From Trueperaceae bacterium (GTDB lineage: Bacteria > Deinococcota > Deinococci > Deinococcales > Trueperaceae): a DNA stretch of 64,000 nt. The notes under the pieces are model-generated. The model was not told where the DNA came from and made no database searches. It worked only from the letters and a program-made list of their open reading frames with translations. Made by a program: the position numbers and the translations under genes. Position 1 is the first letter of the stretch. Every line of letters begins with the position of its first letter. This document shows, in pieces, positions 39,191 to 49,235 of this stretch. The DNA lies in contig JAXHNB010000005.1 of assembly GCA_034520945.1 (NCBI GenBank), positions 320,001 to 384,000 on the forward strand, written 5' to 3'.

Positions 39191-40207
39191 ATGCATAGAT
39201 TGTTGATCGCCGTGCTATCGCTGGGCCTGTTGACCGGCCTGGGGCTGGCGCAGGACAGCCTGCTGGACGAAGTGCAGGAACGCGGGGTGTTGGCCTGCGG
39301 CGTGAACAACCAGCTGCCGGGCTTCGGCTCGACCGACGCCGACGGGAACTTCCACGGCTTCGACGTCGACTATTGCCGCGCCGTCGCGGCCGCCGTGCTG
39401 GGCGACGCCGACGCGGTCGAGTACCGCCCGCTGACCGCCGCGGAACGCTTCACCGCCGTGCAGACCGGCGAGGTCGACGTGTTGATCCGCAACACCACCT
39501 GGACCTCCAGCCGCGATTCCGAGGTCGGTATGAGCTTCGCGCCCACCACCTTCTACGACGGCCAGGGCTTCATGGTGAAGGAGGACTCGGGCATCGAGTC
39601 GCTCCAGGATCTCGAAGGCCGCAGCATCTGCGTGCAGTCGGGCACCACGACCGAGTTGAACCTCGCCGACGTGATGGCGGCGCTGGACATCGAGTACACG
39701 CCGGTGATCTTCGAAACCGCCGACCAGGCCATCTCCGCCTACGACAGCGGTCAGTGCGAGTCGTACACCACCGACGTCTCCGGACTGGTGAGCCGCAAGA
39801 CCACGCTGCAGGACCCCGAAGGCAGCGTCATCTTCAACGAACGCATCTCCAAGGAGCCGCTCGGGCCCGCCGTCCTGCACGGGGACGACACCTGGAAGGA
39901 CGTCGTCACCTGGGTCGTGTTCGGCACCATCGCGGCCGAGGAGTACGGCATCACCTCCGACAACGTGCGCGACGTGATGGAGTCCAGCCAGAACCCTGCC
40001 GTGCGCCGCATGTTGGGCGTCGACGGCCAGGTGCTCGAGCAGCTCGGACTGGAGCAGGACGCCATCGTGAACGCGATCGAACAGGTCGGGAACTACGAGG
40101 AGATCTACAACCGCAACCTCGGTCCCGACACGCAGTTCGACATCCCGCGCGGTCTGAACTCGCTCTACACCGACGGCGGCCTGCTGTTTAGCCCGCCCTT
40201 CCGCTGA
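39191..40207 (+). CDS. aapJ: General L-amino acid ABC transporter substrate-binding protein (AapJ/BztA type)
   Basis: Signal peptide; GFDVDYCRAVAAA, RNTTWT, TFYDGQGF, ISKEPLGP, VGNY.EIY.RNLG, RGLN.L; AGGAG upstream. Confidence 0.9.
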   Translation: MHRLLIAVLSLGLLTGLGLAQDSLLDEVQERGVLACGVNNQLPGFGSTDADGNFHGFDVDYCRAVAAAVLGDADAVEYRPLTAAERFTAVQTGEVDVLIRNTTWTSSRDSEVGMSFAPTTFYDGQGFMVKEDSGIESLQDLEGRSICVQSGTTTELNLADVMAALDIEYTPVIFETADQAISAYDSGQCESYTTDVSGLVSRKTTLQDPEGSVIFNERISKEPLGPAVLHGDDTWKDVVTWVVFGTIAAEEYGITSDNVRDVMESSQNPAVRRMLGVDGQVLEQLGLEQDAIVNAIEQVGNYEEIYNRNLGPDTQFDIPRGLNSLYTDGGLLFSPPFR

Positions 40208-40214
40208 ACCCGGT

Positions 40215-40246
40215 CCGTTGGGGAGGGGCATGCCCCTCCCCAACGG
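40215..40246. repeat. Perfect 32-bp palindrome directly after aapJ (intercistronic hairpin)
   Basis: CCGTTGGGGAGGGGCA|TGCCCCTCCCCAACGG is an exact inverted repeat. Confidence 0.85.
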
Positions 40247-40429
40247 TGTCGCCTTCGCGCGCCCGGGTGGGCGCGCACTGCGACGCCCGGCGCGTGCACC
40301 CCAGGCCCACCATGACGACGATCTCGTGAACCGCTATCTGGTTTCGCCCGCTCTGGTTGCGAATCTTCTCGCTACGCCGTTCCCTATCTGTGATCGACCC
40401 CAAGCTCTTGCGACCGGGAGGAGAGAGTC

Positions 40430-42253
40430 GTGACGCGGCCTGGCCCGCGGGACGATGGCCACACGGAACGCATTCCGTTCTGGCGCAACGTCAAGACCAT
40501 CGGCATCCTGGCGCAGCTCGTCTTCGCCGCGGTGGTCGTGGCGGCGGTGGTGGTGTTGTGGCTCAACGTCACCTCGGCGCTGTCCCGCTCCAACCTGCCG
40601 GCCGACTTCGGCTGGCTCGACGCCCGGGCCGGGGTGCCGGTCGCCGAACGGCCGATCCCGTACACGCCGTCGGATCCGTACTGGCGGGTTTTGCTCATCG
40701 GCTTCCTGAACACGCTCAAGGTGTCGTTGGTCGGCGTGGCGATGGCCAGCGTCATCGGGGTGGCGACTGGGGTGGCGCGCCTGAGCGGCAACTGGCTGTT
40801 GCGACAGATCGCCACCTGGTACGTCGAGGTGCTGCGCAACACGCCGCTGGCGGTGCAGATCATCTTTTGGTACACGGCGGCGCTGGCGACGCTCCCGCCG
40901 ACGATCACCAACCCGATCACGCTGCCGGGCGGGTTCTATTTCTCCAACCGCGGCCTGGCGTTTCCGTTCCCCTATCCCGGCTTCGCCTTCCGCGCCTGGC
41001 TCCCGTGGCTGGTCATTGCCGTGGCCGCCTACCTGTTGGTCCTGTGGTGGCGGCGTCGCCAGATCGCCCGCGCGGAACGGCCGGGGCGCGCTTGGCCCGC
41101 GGCGCTGGCGGCGTTCGCGGTGCTGGCCGGCGTGGGCTACCTGATCGGGGCGCGCGGCGCCGCCGCCCCCGAAGACCTCGTGTTCGAGCTGAACATCGAT
41201 CGTGGCCGGCTCACCAGCTACCTGGATCGTGACGGTGACGGCGAACGTGACGCCGCGGAGCCGACCGTGGGCTTCGCGCCGGCCACCGTGCGCATCGAGG
41301 AGGGCATGCTCACCGACCGTACGCGGAACCTCAACGAACAACGCCAGCGCAAGCCGAGCGTGTTCCGCTTCCCCGTGGTCGAACCCCACGAGTACGAATC
41401 GGCCGAGCTGCGCTTCGCGGATCCAGAGCAGGCCGAGCGCTTCTCGGTGCACATCGAGCGCGAGCCGGGCGCCGGTTGGCTGTACGAGGATCGCAACGGC
41501 GACGGGACCTGGCAGCCGGGCGAGGAAACGGGCGAGAACGGCGATGGCTTCGACGGCGTCGACCTCGAGCTCCACGTGACCGGCTTCGAGCGCTACCTGG
41601 TTACCAGCCGCGACGGGGGCTCGCGCATCCCCCGCTTCGAGTCGCCCGCCGCCTCGGAGGCCCTGGCCGAGGAAGAGGCCGAAGAGGACGGCGGCGCGGC
41701 GGCCGGCTTCAACCTGCAGTTCGGATCGCCCGAAGGCGAAGAGGCGTCGACGCTGGAGGGCAGCGTCGATCCGCACGTGTCGGGCCCGCTGGTGTGGAGC
41801 CGCCCCACCATCCCAGTCTCGAACTACGAGGGGGGCTTCCGCTTCACGCCCAGCTACCTGGCGTTGTTGCTGGCGCTGGTGATCTACACCTCGAGCTTCA
41901 TCGCCGAGATCGTACGCGGCGGATTGCAGGCGGTGCCCGCTGGGCAAACCGAGGCGGCGAAGGCGTTGGGGCTGTCCGATGGGCAGGTGTTCAACCTGGT
42001 GGTGTTTCCGCAGGCGGTCCGGATCGTCCTGCCGCCCGTGATCAGCCAGTACCTGAACCTCACCAAGAACTCCTCGTTGGGGCCGTTGGCGGCCTACGGC
42101 GAGCTGTTCGCGATCAGCACCATCGTCGCGAATCAGACCGGCGCCAGCGTGCCGGTGACCGTGCTTCTGATCGTGTCGTATCTGCTGATCAGCTTCGTGT
42201 TCGCCTTCATCCTGAACATCGTCAACGCCCGCATGGCGATCGTGGAGCGTTGA
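40430..42253 (+). CDS. aapQ: Amino acid ABC transporter permease (AapQ type) with large insertion
   Basis: NTLKVS, RLS.NWL, RNTPL, EAA motif AEIVRGGLQAVPAGQTEAAKALGL, QYLNLTKNSSL. Confidence 0.88.
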   Translation: MTRPGPRDDGHTERIPFWRNVKTIGILAQLVFAAVVVAAVVVLWLNVTSALSRSNLPADFGWLDARAGVPVAERPIPYTPSDPYWRVLLIGFLNTLKVSLVGVAMASVIGVATGVARLSGNWLLRQIATWYVEVLRNTPLAVQIIFWYTAALATLPPTITNPITLPGGFYFSNRGLAFPFPYPGFAFRAWLPWLVIAVAAYLLVLWWRRRQIARAERPGRAWPAALAAFAVLAGVGYLIGARGAAAPEDLVFELNIDRGRLTSYLDRDGDGERDAAEPTVGFAPATVRIEEGMLTDRTRNLNEQRQRKPSVFRFPVVEPHEYESAELRFADPEQAERFSVHIEREPGAGWLYEDRNGDGTWQPGEETGENGDGFDGVDLELHVTGFERYLVTSRDGGSRIPRFESPAASEALAEEEAEEDGGAAAGFNLQFGSPEGEEASTLEGSVDPHVSGPLVWSRPTIPVSNYEGGFRFTPSYLALLLALVIYTSSFIAEIVRGGLQAVPAGQTEAAKALGLSDGQVFNLVVFPQAVRIVLPPVISQYLNLTKNSSLGPLAAYGELFAISTIVANQTGASVPVTVLLIVSYLLISFVFAFILNIVNARMAIVER

Positions 42254-42254
42254 C

Positions 42255-43475
42255 ATGATTCCGTCCCGCCTTCCCCCTCGCCGCGAGCGCGGCGTCATCC
42301 TTTGGCTTCGCAAGAACCTGTTCCACGGCGTCGGCAACACGCTCACGACGCTGTTCGTCGGCTACGCCGTCGTGCGTGCGGCGATGGCGCTCATCGGCTG
42401 GATGGTGACGGGCGCCGCGTGGCAGCCGGTGTGGGACAACCTCAGGTTGCTGGCGGTGTATCGCTACCCCGTCGAACTTCTGTGGCGGCCGATGGTCTCC
42501 GTCGCGCTGGTGCTGGCCCTGCTCGGTCTCGGCGCCGGGCTCGGCAGGCGGGCCGGCAAGGGCCAGATCATCGGTGGCGTGTTCTGGTGGTTCTCGGGCC
42601 TGGCGTTCGTGCTCACCGCCTTGGCGCTGTTCCAGTGGCCGTCGGTCCGCGGCTGGTGGGTGGTCATCAGCGTCGCCGCGCTGGCGGGGTACGGCCTCGG
42701 CCTTCGCTTCCCCCGCTTGGCGCGCATTCAGGCGTGGTCCTGGGCGGTGGCCCTGCCCGCCGTCGCGGTGCTGTTGTACGGCACGGGCGGGGTGGGGCGC
42801 ATGGCCACCGTCAGCACCCACGACTGGGGCGGCTTCATGCTCACCCTCGTCCTGGCCGGCGTCGGCATCACGGTGTCGTTCCCCCTCGGCGTGGCCTTGG
42901 CGTTGGGGCGCCGAAGCCGACTGCCCGCCATCAAGTACTTCTGCATCGGCTTCATCGAGCTGATCCGGGGCGCCCCGCTGATTACCTGGCTGTTCATCGC
43001 GTCGCTGATGGTGCCCCTGTTGTTGGACGTCAGTCCCGACAGCATCCCCGCAATCGCACGGGCGTTGGTGGCGATCACCCTGTTCAGCGCCGCGTACATG
43101 GCCGAGAACGTCCGAGGGGGCCTGCAGTCGGTGCCCGGCGGGCAGGGCGAGGCCGCCCGCGCCCTGGGCTTGTCCGGCTGGCAGACGATGCAGCTGATCA
43201 TCCTCCCCCAGGCCCTGCGCGCGGTGATCCCCGCCATCGTGGGGCAGGCGATCAGCCTGTTCAAGGACACCTCGCTGGTGTTCATCGTGGGTCTGCTGGA
43301 CTTTTTCGAGATCGGCCGCCGCGTGATCCCCAGCCAGCCCGAGTCGCTTCAGTACGCGGGCGGCGTCCTGCTGGAACTGTCGCTGTTCATGGCGGCGATG
43401 TACTGGTTCTTTTGCTACCGTATGTCGATGGCCAGTCGGCAACTCGAGAAGCACCTCGGGGTGGGCGAGCGTTGA
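42255..43475 (+). CDS. aapM: Amino acid ABC transporter permease (AapM type)
   Basis: [47 protein letters not shown]. Confidence 0.9.
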   Translation: MIPSRLPPRRERGVILWLRKNLFHGVGNTLTTLFVGYAVVRAAMALIGWMVTGAAWQPVWDNLRLLAVYRYPVELLWRPMVSVALVLALLGLGAGLGRRAGKGQIIGGVFWWFSGLAFVLTALALFQWPSVRGWWVVISVAALAGYGLGLRFPRLARIQAWSWAVALPAVAVLLYGTGGVGRMATVSTHDWGGFMLTLVLAGVGITVSFPLGVALALGRRSRLPAIKYFCIGFIELIRGAPLITWLFIASLMVPLLLDVSPDSIPAIARALVAITLFSAAYMAENVRGGLQSVPGGQGEAARALGLSGWQTMQLIILPQALRAVIPAIVGQAISLFKDTSLVFIVGLLDFFEIGRRVIPSQPESLQYAGGVLLELSLFMAAMYWFFCYRMSMASRQLEKHLGVGER

Positions 43476-43519
43476 CGCCGGCGCGAGACATCACCGCTCG
43501 CCCTTGTGAAGGAGACGAG

Positions 43520-44344
43520 ATGACGGAACCACGAACCGATCCCCAGCAACAGGCCGCAGGGCCCGCGCCCGTCGACACGGGGGCGATGGTCAGCGCGCAC
43601 GCCCCCGAGGACGGCGAGCGCATCATCGAGATCCTCACCCTCAACAAGTGGTTCGGCGACTTCCACGTCCTCAAGGACATCGACATGTCCGTCAACCGCG
43701 GCGAGGTGGTGTGCGTGATCGGCCCGTCCGGCTCGGGCAAGTCGACGCTGATCCGCTGCATCAACCGGCTGGAGGAGCACCAGGAGGGCGCCATCACGGT
43801 GGACGGCAATCGCCTCACCGACGACGTCCGCAAGATCGACCTGATCCGGCGCGAGACCGGCATGGTGTTCCAGCAGTTCAATCTGTTCCCGCACCTGACG
43901 GTGATGGAAAACATCACACTGGCGCCCATCCGGGTGCGGAAGTGGACGCGGTCCAAGGCCGAAGAGCGCGCCACGTACTTCCTGGAGAAGGTCGGCATCC
44001 CCGAGCAGGCCCAGAAGTACCCCGGCCAGTTGTCCGGCGGCCAGCAGCAGCGCGTCGCCATCGCCCGGGCCCTGACGATGGAGCCGAAGGTGATGCTGTT
44101 CGACGAGCCCACCAGCGCCCTCGACCCCGAGGTGATCGGCGAGGTGCTCGAGGTGATGGTCAACCTCGCCAAGGAGGGCATGACGATGGTCGTCGTCACC
44201 CACGAGATGGGCTTCGCACGCGAGGTGGGCGACCGGGTGATCTTCATGGACGCGGGGCAGATCGTCGAGGTCGGCACGCCCGAGCACTTCTTCCAGAACC
44301 CCCAGGAGGAACGCACCCGCGAGTTCCTGTCCAAGATCCTGTGA
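43520..44344 (+). CDS. aapP: Amino acid ABC transporter ATP-binding protein (AapP/GlnQ type)
   Basis: [49 protein letters not shown] upstream of ATG 43520. Confidence 0.93.
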   Translation: MTEPRTDPQQQAAGPAPVDTGAMVSAHAPEDGERIIEILTLNKWFGDFHVLKDIDMSVNRGEVVCVIGPSGSGKSTLIRCINRLEEHQEGAITVDGNRLTDDVRKIDLIRRETGMVFQQFNLFPHLTVMENITLAPIRVRKWTRSKAEERATYFLEKVGIPEQAQKYPGQLSGGQQQRVAIARALTMEPKVMLFDEPTSALDPEVIGEVLEVMVNLAKEGMTMVVVTHEMGFAREVGDRVIFMDAGQIVEVGTPEHFFQNPQEERTREFLSKIL

Positions 44345-44504
44345 CCGCGCGGCCGCGGCACCTGCCGCAACTCGGGGCGACGGGCCGCGCGCCGCGATAG
44401 GACGGTTCTCACAGCCCGCCGCCCGCGGCGGGCCGTATGCTGCCCCCAGCCGTGCGCCCGCCCCTCGGGGGCGGGCGACGTGCGGACTGTTTGGGAGGGC
44501 TTTG

Positions 44505-45662
44505 ATGGAAACCGAAGGACGGGGCGTGCGAATGGCGGACCTGCTCGGCCGGATGGTCGGCAAGGGCGCCTCGGACGTGCACCTGCAGGCCGGCGCCCCC
44601 CCGCACGTCCGGATCGACGGCGATCTGCTGGCGTGGGAGGGGAGCCCGGCCCTGACGCCGGCGCAGACCGAAAAGATCGCGCTGGCCATGATGACCGAAG
44701 GGCAGCGCGAAGCGTTCACGCACCGTCATGAGCTGGATTTCGCGTTCACCATTCCCGAGGTGGCGCGCTTCCGCTGCAACGCCTTCCGGCAGCGCGGCTC
44801 GGTCGGGGTGGTGATGCGCGTGATCGGCGGCGCGATCCCCGGCTTCGACGCGCTGGGCCTCCCGGCCGAAGTGGTCTCCGAGTTCGCCGAGCAGCCGCGG
44901 GGCCTGGTTCTGGTGACCGGACCGACCGGGTCGGGCAAGACCACCACCCTGGCGGCGATGGTCGACCACGTGAACCGTCGCTTTCCCCGGCACGTGATCA
45001 CCATCGAGGATCCGATCGAGATCCTGCACGCCAACCAACGGAGCCTGGTGGTGCAGCGCGAGGTGGGCCTGGACACCGCCGACTTCGTGGACGCCCTCAA
45101 GTTCGCGGTGCGGCAGGACCCCGACGTGATCATGATCGGCGAGATGCGCGACCGCGCCACCGTCGAGGCGGCCCTCACCGCCGCCCAGACGGGACACCTG
45201 GTCCTGTCGTCGCTGCACACGCTCGATTCGATCCGCACCATCAACCGCATCATCGATTTCTTCGCGCCGTTCGAGCGGAACCAGATCCGCTCCATGTTGG
45301 CGGAGTCGCTGCTCGGCATCCTGAGCCAACGGCTGCTGGTGCGGGCCGACGGGCCGGGTCGCGTCCTCTCGGCCGAGGTGCTGGTGAACACCCCCCTGAT
45401 TCGCGACTACATCCGCGACCCGGACAAGACGTCGTTGATCAAGGAAGCGCTGATGGACGACAACCTTCGCGGCATGCAGACGTTCGACCAGAACCTGGTC
45501 GACCTGTACCTGGACGGCCGCATCACGCTCGAGGACGCGACCTTCATGGCCACCAGCCCACACGAGCTGCGCCTGATGATCACCCAGCGGGTCGGGCCGC
45601 AGGACGTCCCCAACGAGATGGAGTTCGAGCGGTTGTTGCGCAAGCGCGGCCCGCTGGGCTGA
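44505..45662 (+). CDS. Type IV pilus retraction ATPase, PilT/PilU family
   Basis: ASDVHL, GPTGSGKTT, TIEDPIE, RQDPDVIMIGEMRD, TGHLV.SSLH, GMQTFDQ. Confidence 0.9.
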   Translation: METEGRGVRMADLLGRMVGKGASDVHLQAGAPPHVRIDGDLLAWEGSPALTPAQTEKIALAMMTEGQREAFTHRHELDFAFTIPEVARFRCNAFRQRGSVGVVMRVIGGAIPGFDALGLPAEVVSEFAEQPRGLVLVTGPTGSGKTTTLAAMVDHVNRRFPRHVITIEDPIEILHANQRSLVVQREVGLDTADFVDALKFAVRQDPDVIMIGEMRDRATVEAALTAAQTGHLVLSSLHTLDSIRTINRIIDFFAPFERNQIRSMLAESLLGILSQRLLVRADGPGRVLSAEVLVNTPLIRDYIRDPDKTSLIKEALMDDNLRGMQTFDQNLVDLYLDGRITLEDATFMATSPHELRLMITQRVGPQDVPNEMEFERLLRKRGPLG

Positions 45663-45695
45663 GCCGGCTCGCCCGCCCGGCCGGTGCCGGGGGCA

Positions 45696-46913
45696 TCAGC
45701 CGCGCCGGCGGTCGGCGCCTGGGTCGTGGTGCGCCCGCAACCACGGGCGAACGGAGCCGGCGAGGTAGAACGACCCCGCCACCACGAGCAGCCCGCCCGG
45801 CGGCACCTCCCCCAGGGCCGAGAGAAGCGCGTGGCGGGGATCCGGGTCGAAGCCCGGTTCACCCGCGAACGCCGCGATGCCGGCGCCCGGGGCGGTGAAG
45901 CGCACGCGCGCCGCGCGCGCCGCCAGCGCCGCGCGGATGCCGTCCGCGTCCTTGCGGCCGTGAATCCCCAGCAGCAGGTGCGCGCCCGCCGGGACCTCTT
46001 CGGCGAGCGCCTCGGCCGCCGCGCGGTTGTGCGCCCCGTCCAGCAGGACGTCTCGGCCACGCACGAAAAACGCTTCGCGCCGGGCGGGCAGGGCCGGCGG
46101 CCGAGCGGCGGCGGCGAGGGCCGTGGGCAGCGCGGCCGCCGGCAGCGAGGCGCAGCGCAGCGCGGCCGCGGCCAGGTCCTGGGCGACGGCGTCCACTCTC
46201 CGGCCTTGCGAACCGCGATCTCGGCCGGATCGAACGACGTGCAGGGGTGCGTCGCGCGCCGCCGCCACGGCGCGCACGACCTGCAGGGCCTCGCCGTCGG
46301 CCGCCGTCACCACCGGCACGCCGGGTCGGATCGCCGCGGCCTTGTCCTCCGCGATGGCGGCGACGTCGGGCCCGAGCACGTCGGCGTGATCCAGCGACAC
46401 GTTGGTGATCACCACCACGCGTACGGCGTTCACGGCGCGCGTGGCGTCGCGCGCCGCCCCGACCCCGGCCTCCAGCACCGCCCAGTCCGCGCCGCCCCTG
46501 GCGGCCAGGTCCAACGCCATCGCCGTCACCACCTCGAAGAACGCGGCGGGCGGGGCGTCCGGATGGGGGCTCAGCCGGTCCAGGAACGCCATCACCTCCT
46601 CGGGCGTCACGGGCCGCCCGTCGAGCGCGATTCGCTCGGCGAACGACTCGACGTGGGGGGACAAGAAGCGCACGCTGCGGAGCCCGGCCGCGCGCAGGCC
46701 GGCGTCGATCCGACAGGCCACGGCGCCCTTGCCGTTGGTGCCGACCACGTGCGCGACGTTCAAAGGATCCGGAATCGACAGGGCGTCCAGCAGCCGCCGG
46801 GTGCGGGCCGGATCGCGGGGGGCGCCCTGACGGCTGCGTGCGTACAGTCGCGCAAGGGCATCCTGGTAGGCGGATGGCCGTGATCGGGCGCGGGCAGTCG
46901 GCGTGACGCTCAC
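45696..46913 (-). CDS. folC: Folylpolyglutamate synthase/dihydrofolate synthase
   Basis: HVVGTNGKG, SPHV..F.ERI, FFEV.T, EAGVG..DAT, LDGAHN, GSFYLAG; GTGA overlap with the upstream gene. Confidence 0.88.
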   Translation of the reverse strand: MSVTPTARARSRPSAYQDALARLYARSRQGAPRDPARTRRLLDALSIPDPLNVAHVVGTNGKGAVACRIDAGLRAAGLRSVRFLSPHVESFAERIALDGRPVTPEEVMAFLDRLSPHPDAPPAAFFEVVTAMALDLAARGGADWAVLEAGVGAARDATRAVNAVRVVVITNVSLDHADVLGPDVAAIAEDKAAAIRPGVPVVTAADGEALQVVRAVAAARDAPLHVVRSGRDRGSQGRRVDAVAQDLAAAALRCASLPAAALPTALAAAARPPALPARREAFFVRGRDVLLDGAHNRAAAEALAEEVPAGAHLLLGIHGRKDADGIRAALAARAARVRFTAPGAGIAAFAGEPGFDPDPRHALLSALGEVPPGGLLVVAGSFYLAGSVRPWLRAHHDPGADRRRG

Positions 46914-47620
46914 CCGCCGCTTCGGCCGCGCCGGCCTCCGCGTCCACGCCGCCGGCGCCGCCGGCGCTTCTTGGCGTCCTTGCGACCTACCTCGGCTTCG
47001 AGCGTCTCCCAGGCCGGCATGCGGGTGTCCGATCCGACCGATACCAGCAACACGTCGAGCGTCTGCTCCGGCGTCGCCTGCGCCAGCCTCAGGATGGCGT
47101 GCGGAGGCCGCACGTCGATCCAGACACGGCTGCCACCGGGATGCAGCAGGTAGCTGCGCGCCCGCCGCGTGCCGAGGGCCGTGTCGAGTTCCACCTCGCC
47201 CAGGGCGCGCGCCAGCACCGACTTGCCGAGCATCGGGATCCACACCCGCGTCCGGTCCGGGGCGGCGTCACGCAGGTCGCGCATCATCGACAGCGGGTCC
47301 CGGTACGGCAACAGGTAGGGCACCTCGGCGCTGTCGTCCCCTTCGCGCTGCATGCGAACCAAGCCCTGTTCGTCGTCGAAGTCGATCCGGAACGAGCGCG
47401 TGGACTGCGGGTCCTTGTGGTGCTCGACGAACGCGACGCTGGCGTTGTGATCGAACGTGCAACGGCTGAGCTGCGTCACCTCGGCGCGACCCAATGCCCC
47501 CTCGAACCGCGTTTCCGCCTCGAGGTGGACATTGCGGCCGTCCCGCTCCTGACGCAGCACGTGGCGTCCGGCCGCGGCCCCGCGAACCTCCAGCCGGTAG
47601 GTATGTACCTCGACGGACAC
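46910..47620 (-). CDS. Hypothetical protein (DUF3108-like) with Arg-rich C-terminal tail
   Basis: Beta-rich ORF with DPLS motif; tail [20 protein letters not shown] 5 nt after TACCAT. Confidence 0.6.
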   Translation of the reverse strand: MSVEVHTYRLEVRGAAAGRHVLRQERDGRNVHLEAETRFEGALGRAEVTQLSRCTFDHNASVAFVEHHKDPQSTRSFRIDFDDEQGLVRMQREGDDSAEVPYLLPYRDPLSMMRDLRDAAPDRTRVWIPMLGKSVLARALGEVELDTALGTRRARSYLLHPGGSRVWIDVRPPHAILRLAQATPEQTLDVLLVSVGSDTRMPAWETLEAEVGRKDAKKRRRRRRRGRGGRRGRSGG

Positions 47621-47689
47621 GCCGAATGGTAGCACGGAGCCCCCGCGCTACGGCCCGCCGTCCGGCGCCCGCGGTAGCCTGGCCCCGTC

Positions 47690-49183
47690 ATGTGGCCCTT
47701 CGAAGCCCGGTCGTATCTCGGTGCGCGGTGGTGGACGCCCGCCGTCGCCGCCGCGCTGTTCGTCGGCGTGGCGGGATGCCTGCCACTGCCCGACGCGCGC
47801 ACGAACACGCCCCCGCTGCAGGCCACCATGCGCGTGTCCCCCGCCAGCGTGCCGTCACGGGCCGTGTGGGTGCCGGGCGCCTCGGTGCCCGGCACGCCGG
47901 AGGACATGAACGGCACGACCACGTTGCGTTTCCAGCTGGCGGAGCCGGCCGACACCATCTACGTGGCCGTGCCGGGCCTGTTCGGGGGCGCGTCGGCGTT
48001 CGCGCCGTTGGCGCGCCGCTTGGTGGCCAGCCAGCCTGGCACGCAGGTGTGGGCGCTGGACCGTCGCGCCAACGCCTTGGAGGACCGCGAGCCGGTGCGG
48101 CGGGCGCTCGCCGCGAGTGATCCCGCCCCCGCGGTCGCCGCGTACCTCGGGACGGGCGACGCCCCGCCGACGTTCTTACCGCCGCGGCCCGAGACGCACC
48201 GCTTCGTGGCGGCGTGGGACCTCGACGTGCACCTCCGTGACCTGCACGCCGTGGTGCGCGAGGCGCGCGCGTCGGCCGAACGGGTCGTGCTGCTGGGGCA
48301 CTCGATGGGGGCGAGCCTGGCCGGCGTGTACGTGGCGTGGCGCAGCCCCGACGGGCTGGGACACGCCCAGGTCGACGGTCTGGTGCTGGTGGATGGCGCG
48401 CCGGGGCGGACGGGGGCGTACGGGCGCGGACGAGACGTCCGCTTCGCGGGGGTGCGCCTTCTGCCGACCGAGGAGGCGGTCCGCAGCGGCGAGGCCGCCC
48501 CCTGGGTCACCCTCGGCAAGGGGGGCGCGCAGTTCGCCGAGCGTCAGGCTGCGGCGGTGCTGGCGGCGCTGGCGCCGGAGGAGGACGCGCCGGCGCACGT
48601 CCGGCCGTTCGCCCTGACCAATCTGGCCTACGGCGGACTGATGCACGACGACCAGTACGGCCCGCTGAACCAGTTCTACGCCTCCATCGGGGAGGTGCAA
48701 GGCGCCGAGCTGGACGGGAACCTCGCCGCCTTCCTCGTCGGCGGCCCGGTCGCGGCACGGAGCGCGTCGGTGGTCGGCGTGGCCGCGGGGGAGGAACGCG
48801 TCGGCTGGCGGCCGGGCGATCCCCGGTTCGAACGCAGCGACGCGCAGGAGCTGTTCGCCGCGTGGAACGACCCGCGCGCCGACGTGGCCGAGTGGTACGT
48901 GCCGGTCGAGCTGCTCCGGGACCTGGCGGCCCTGTCGCCCGACCTGACCGATCAGGACGCCTTCGTGCCGATGCGGGAGGTGCCGCTCCCGACCCTGGCG
49001 ATCGGCTCCGACCGGGGGTTGTTGCGAAGTCACGGCGCGTTCGAGGCCTACGCTGAGCAGCGCCTGGGGTCGTCCCTGAGCGTCACCATCCTGCGGGGCC
49101 TGACGCACATGGACCTGCTCACCGCCCGCGACGCCCCCGTGGTTGCGCTGGTGGCGCGCTGGGCGTCGCGCTTGCCGGACTGA
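47690..49183 (+). CDS. Alpha/beta-hydrolase fold lipoprotein
   Basis: Lipobox VAGC; nucleophile elbow GHSMG; C-terminal His (LTHMD). Confidence 0.78.
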   Translation: MWPFEARSYLGARWWTPAVAAALFVGVAGCLPLPDARTNTPPLQATMRVSPASVPSRAVWVPGASVPGTPEDMNGTTTLRFQLAEPADTIYVAVPGLFGGASAFAPLARRLVASQPGTQVWALDRRANALEDREPVRRALAASDPAPAVAAYLGTGDAPPTFLPPRPETHRFVAAWDLDVHLRDLHAVVREARASAERVVLLGHSMGASLAGVYVAWRSPDGLGHAQVDGLVLVDGAPGRTGAYGRGRDVRFAGVRLLPTEEAVRSGEAAPWVTLGKGGAQFAERQAAAVLAALAPEEDAPAHVRPFALTNLAYGGLMHDDQYGPLNQFYASIGEVQGAELDGNLAAFLVGGPVAARSASVVGVAAGEERVGWRPGDPRFERSDAQELFAAWNDPRADVAEWYVPVELLRDLAALSPDLTDQDAFVPMREVPLPTLAIGSDRGLLRSHGAFEAYAEQRLGSSLSVTILRGLTHMDLLTARDAPVVALVARWASRLPD

Positions 49184-49235
49184 CGCATGCCGTCAGGGCC
49201 GCGCTGTGCGGGCGTGCGCCTGGTAGGCTCGCCGC

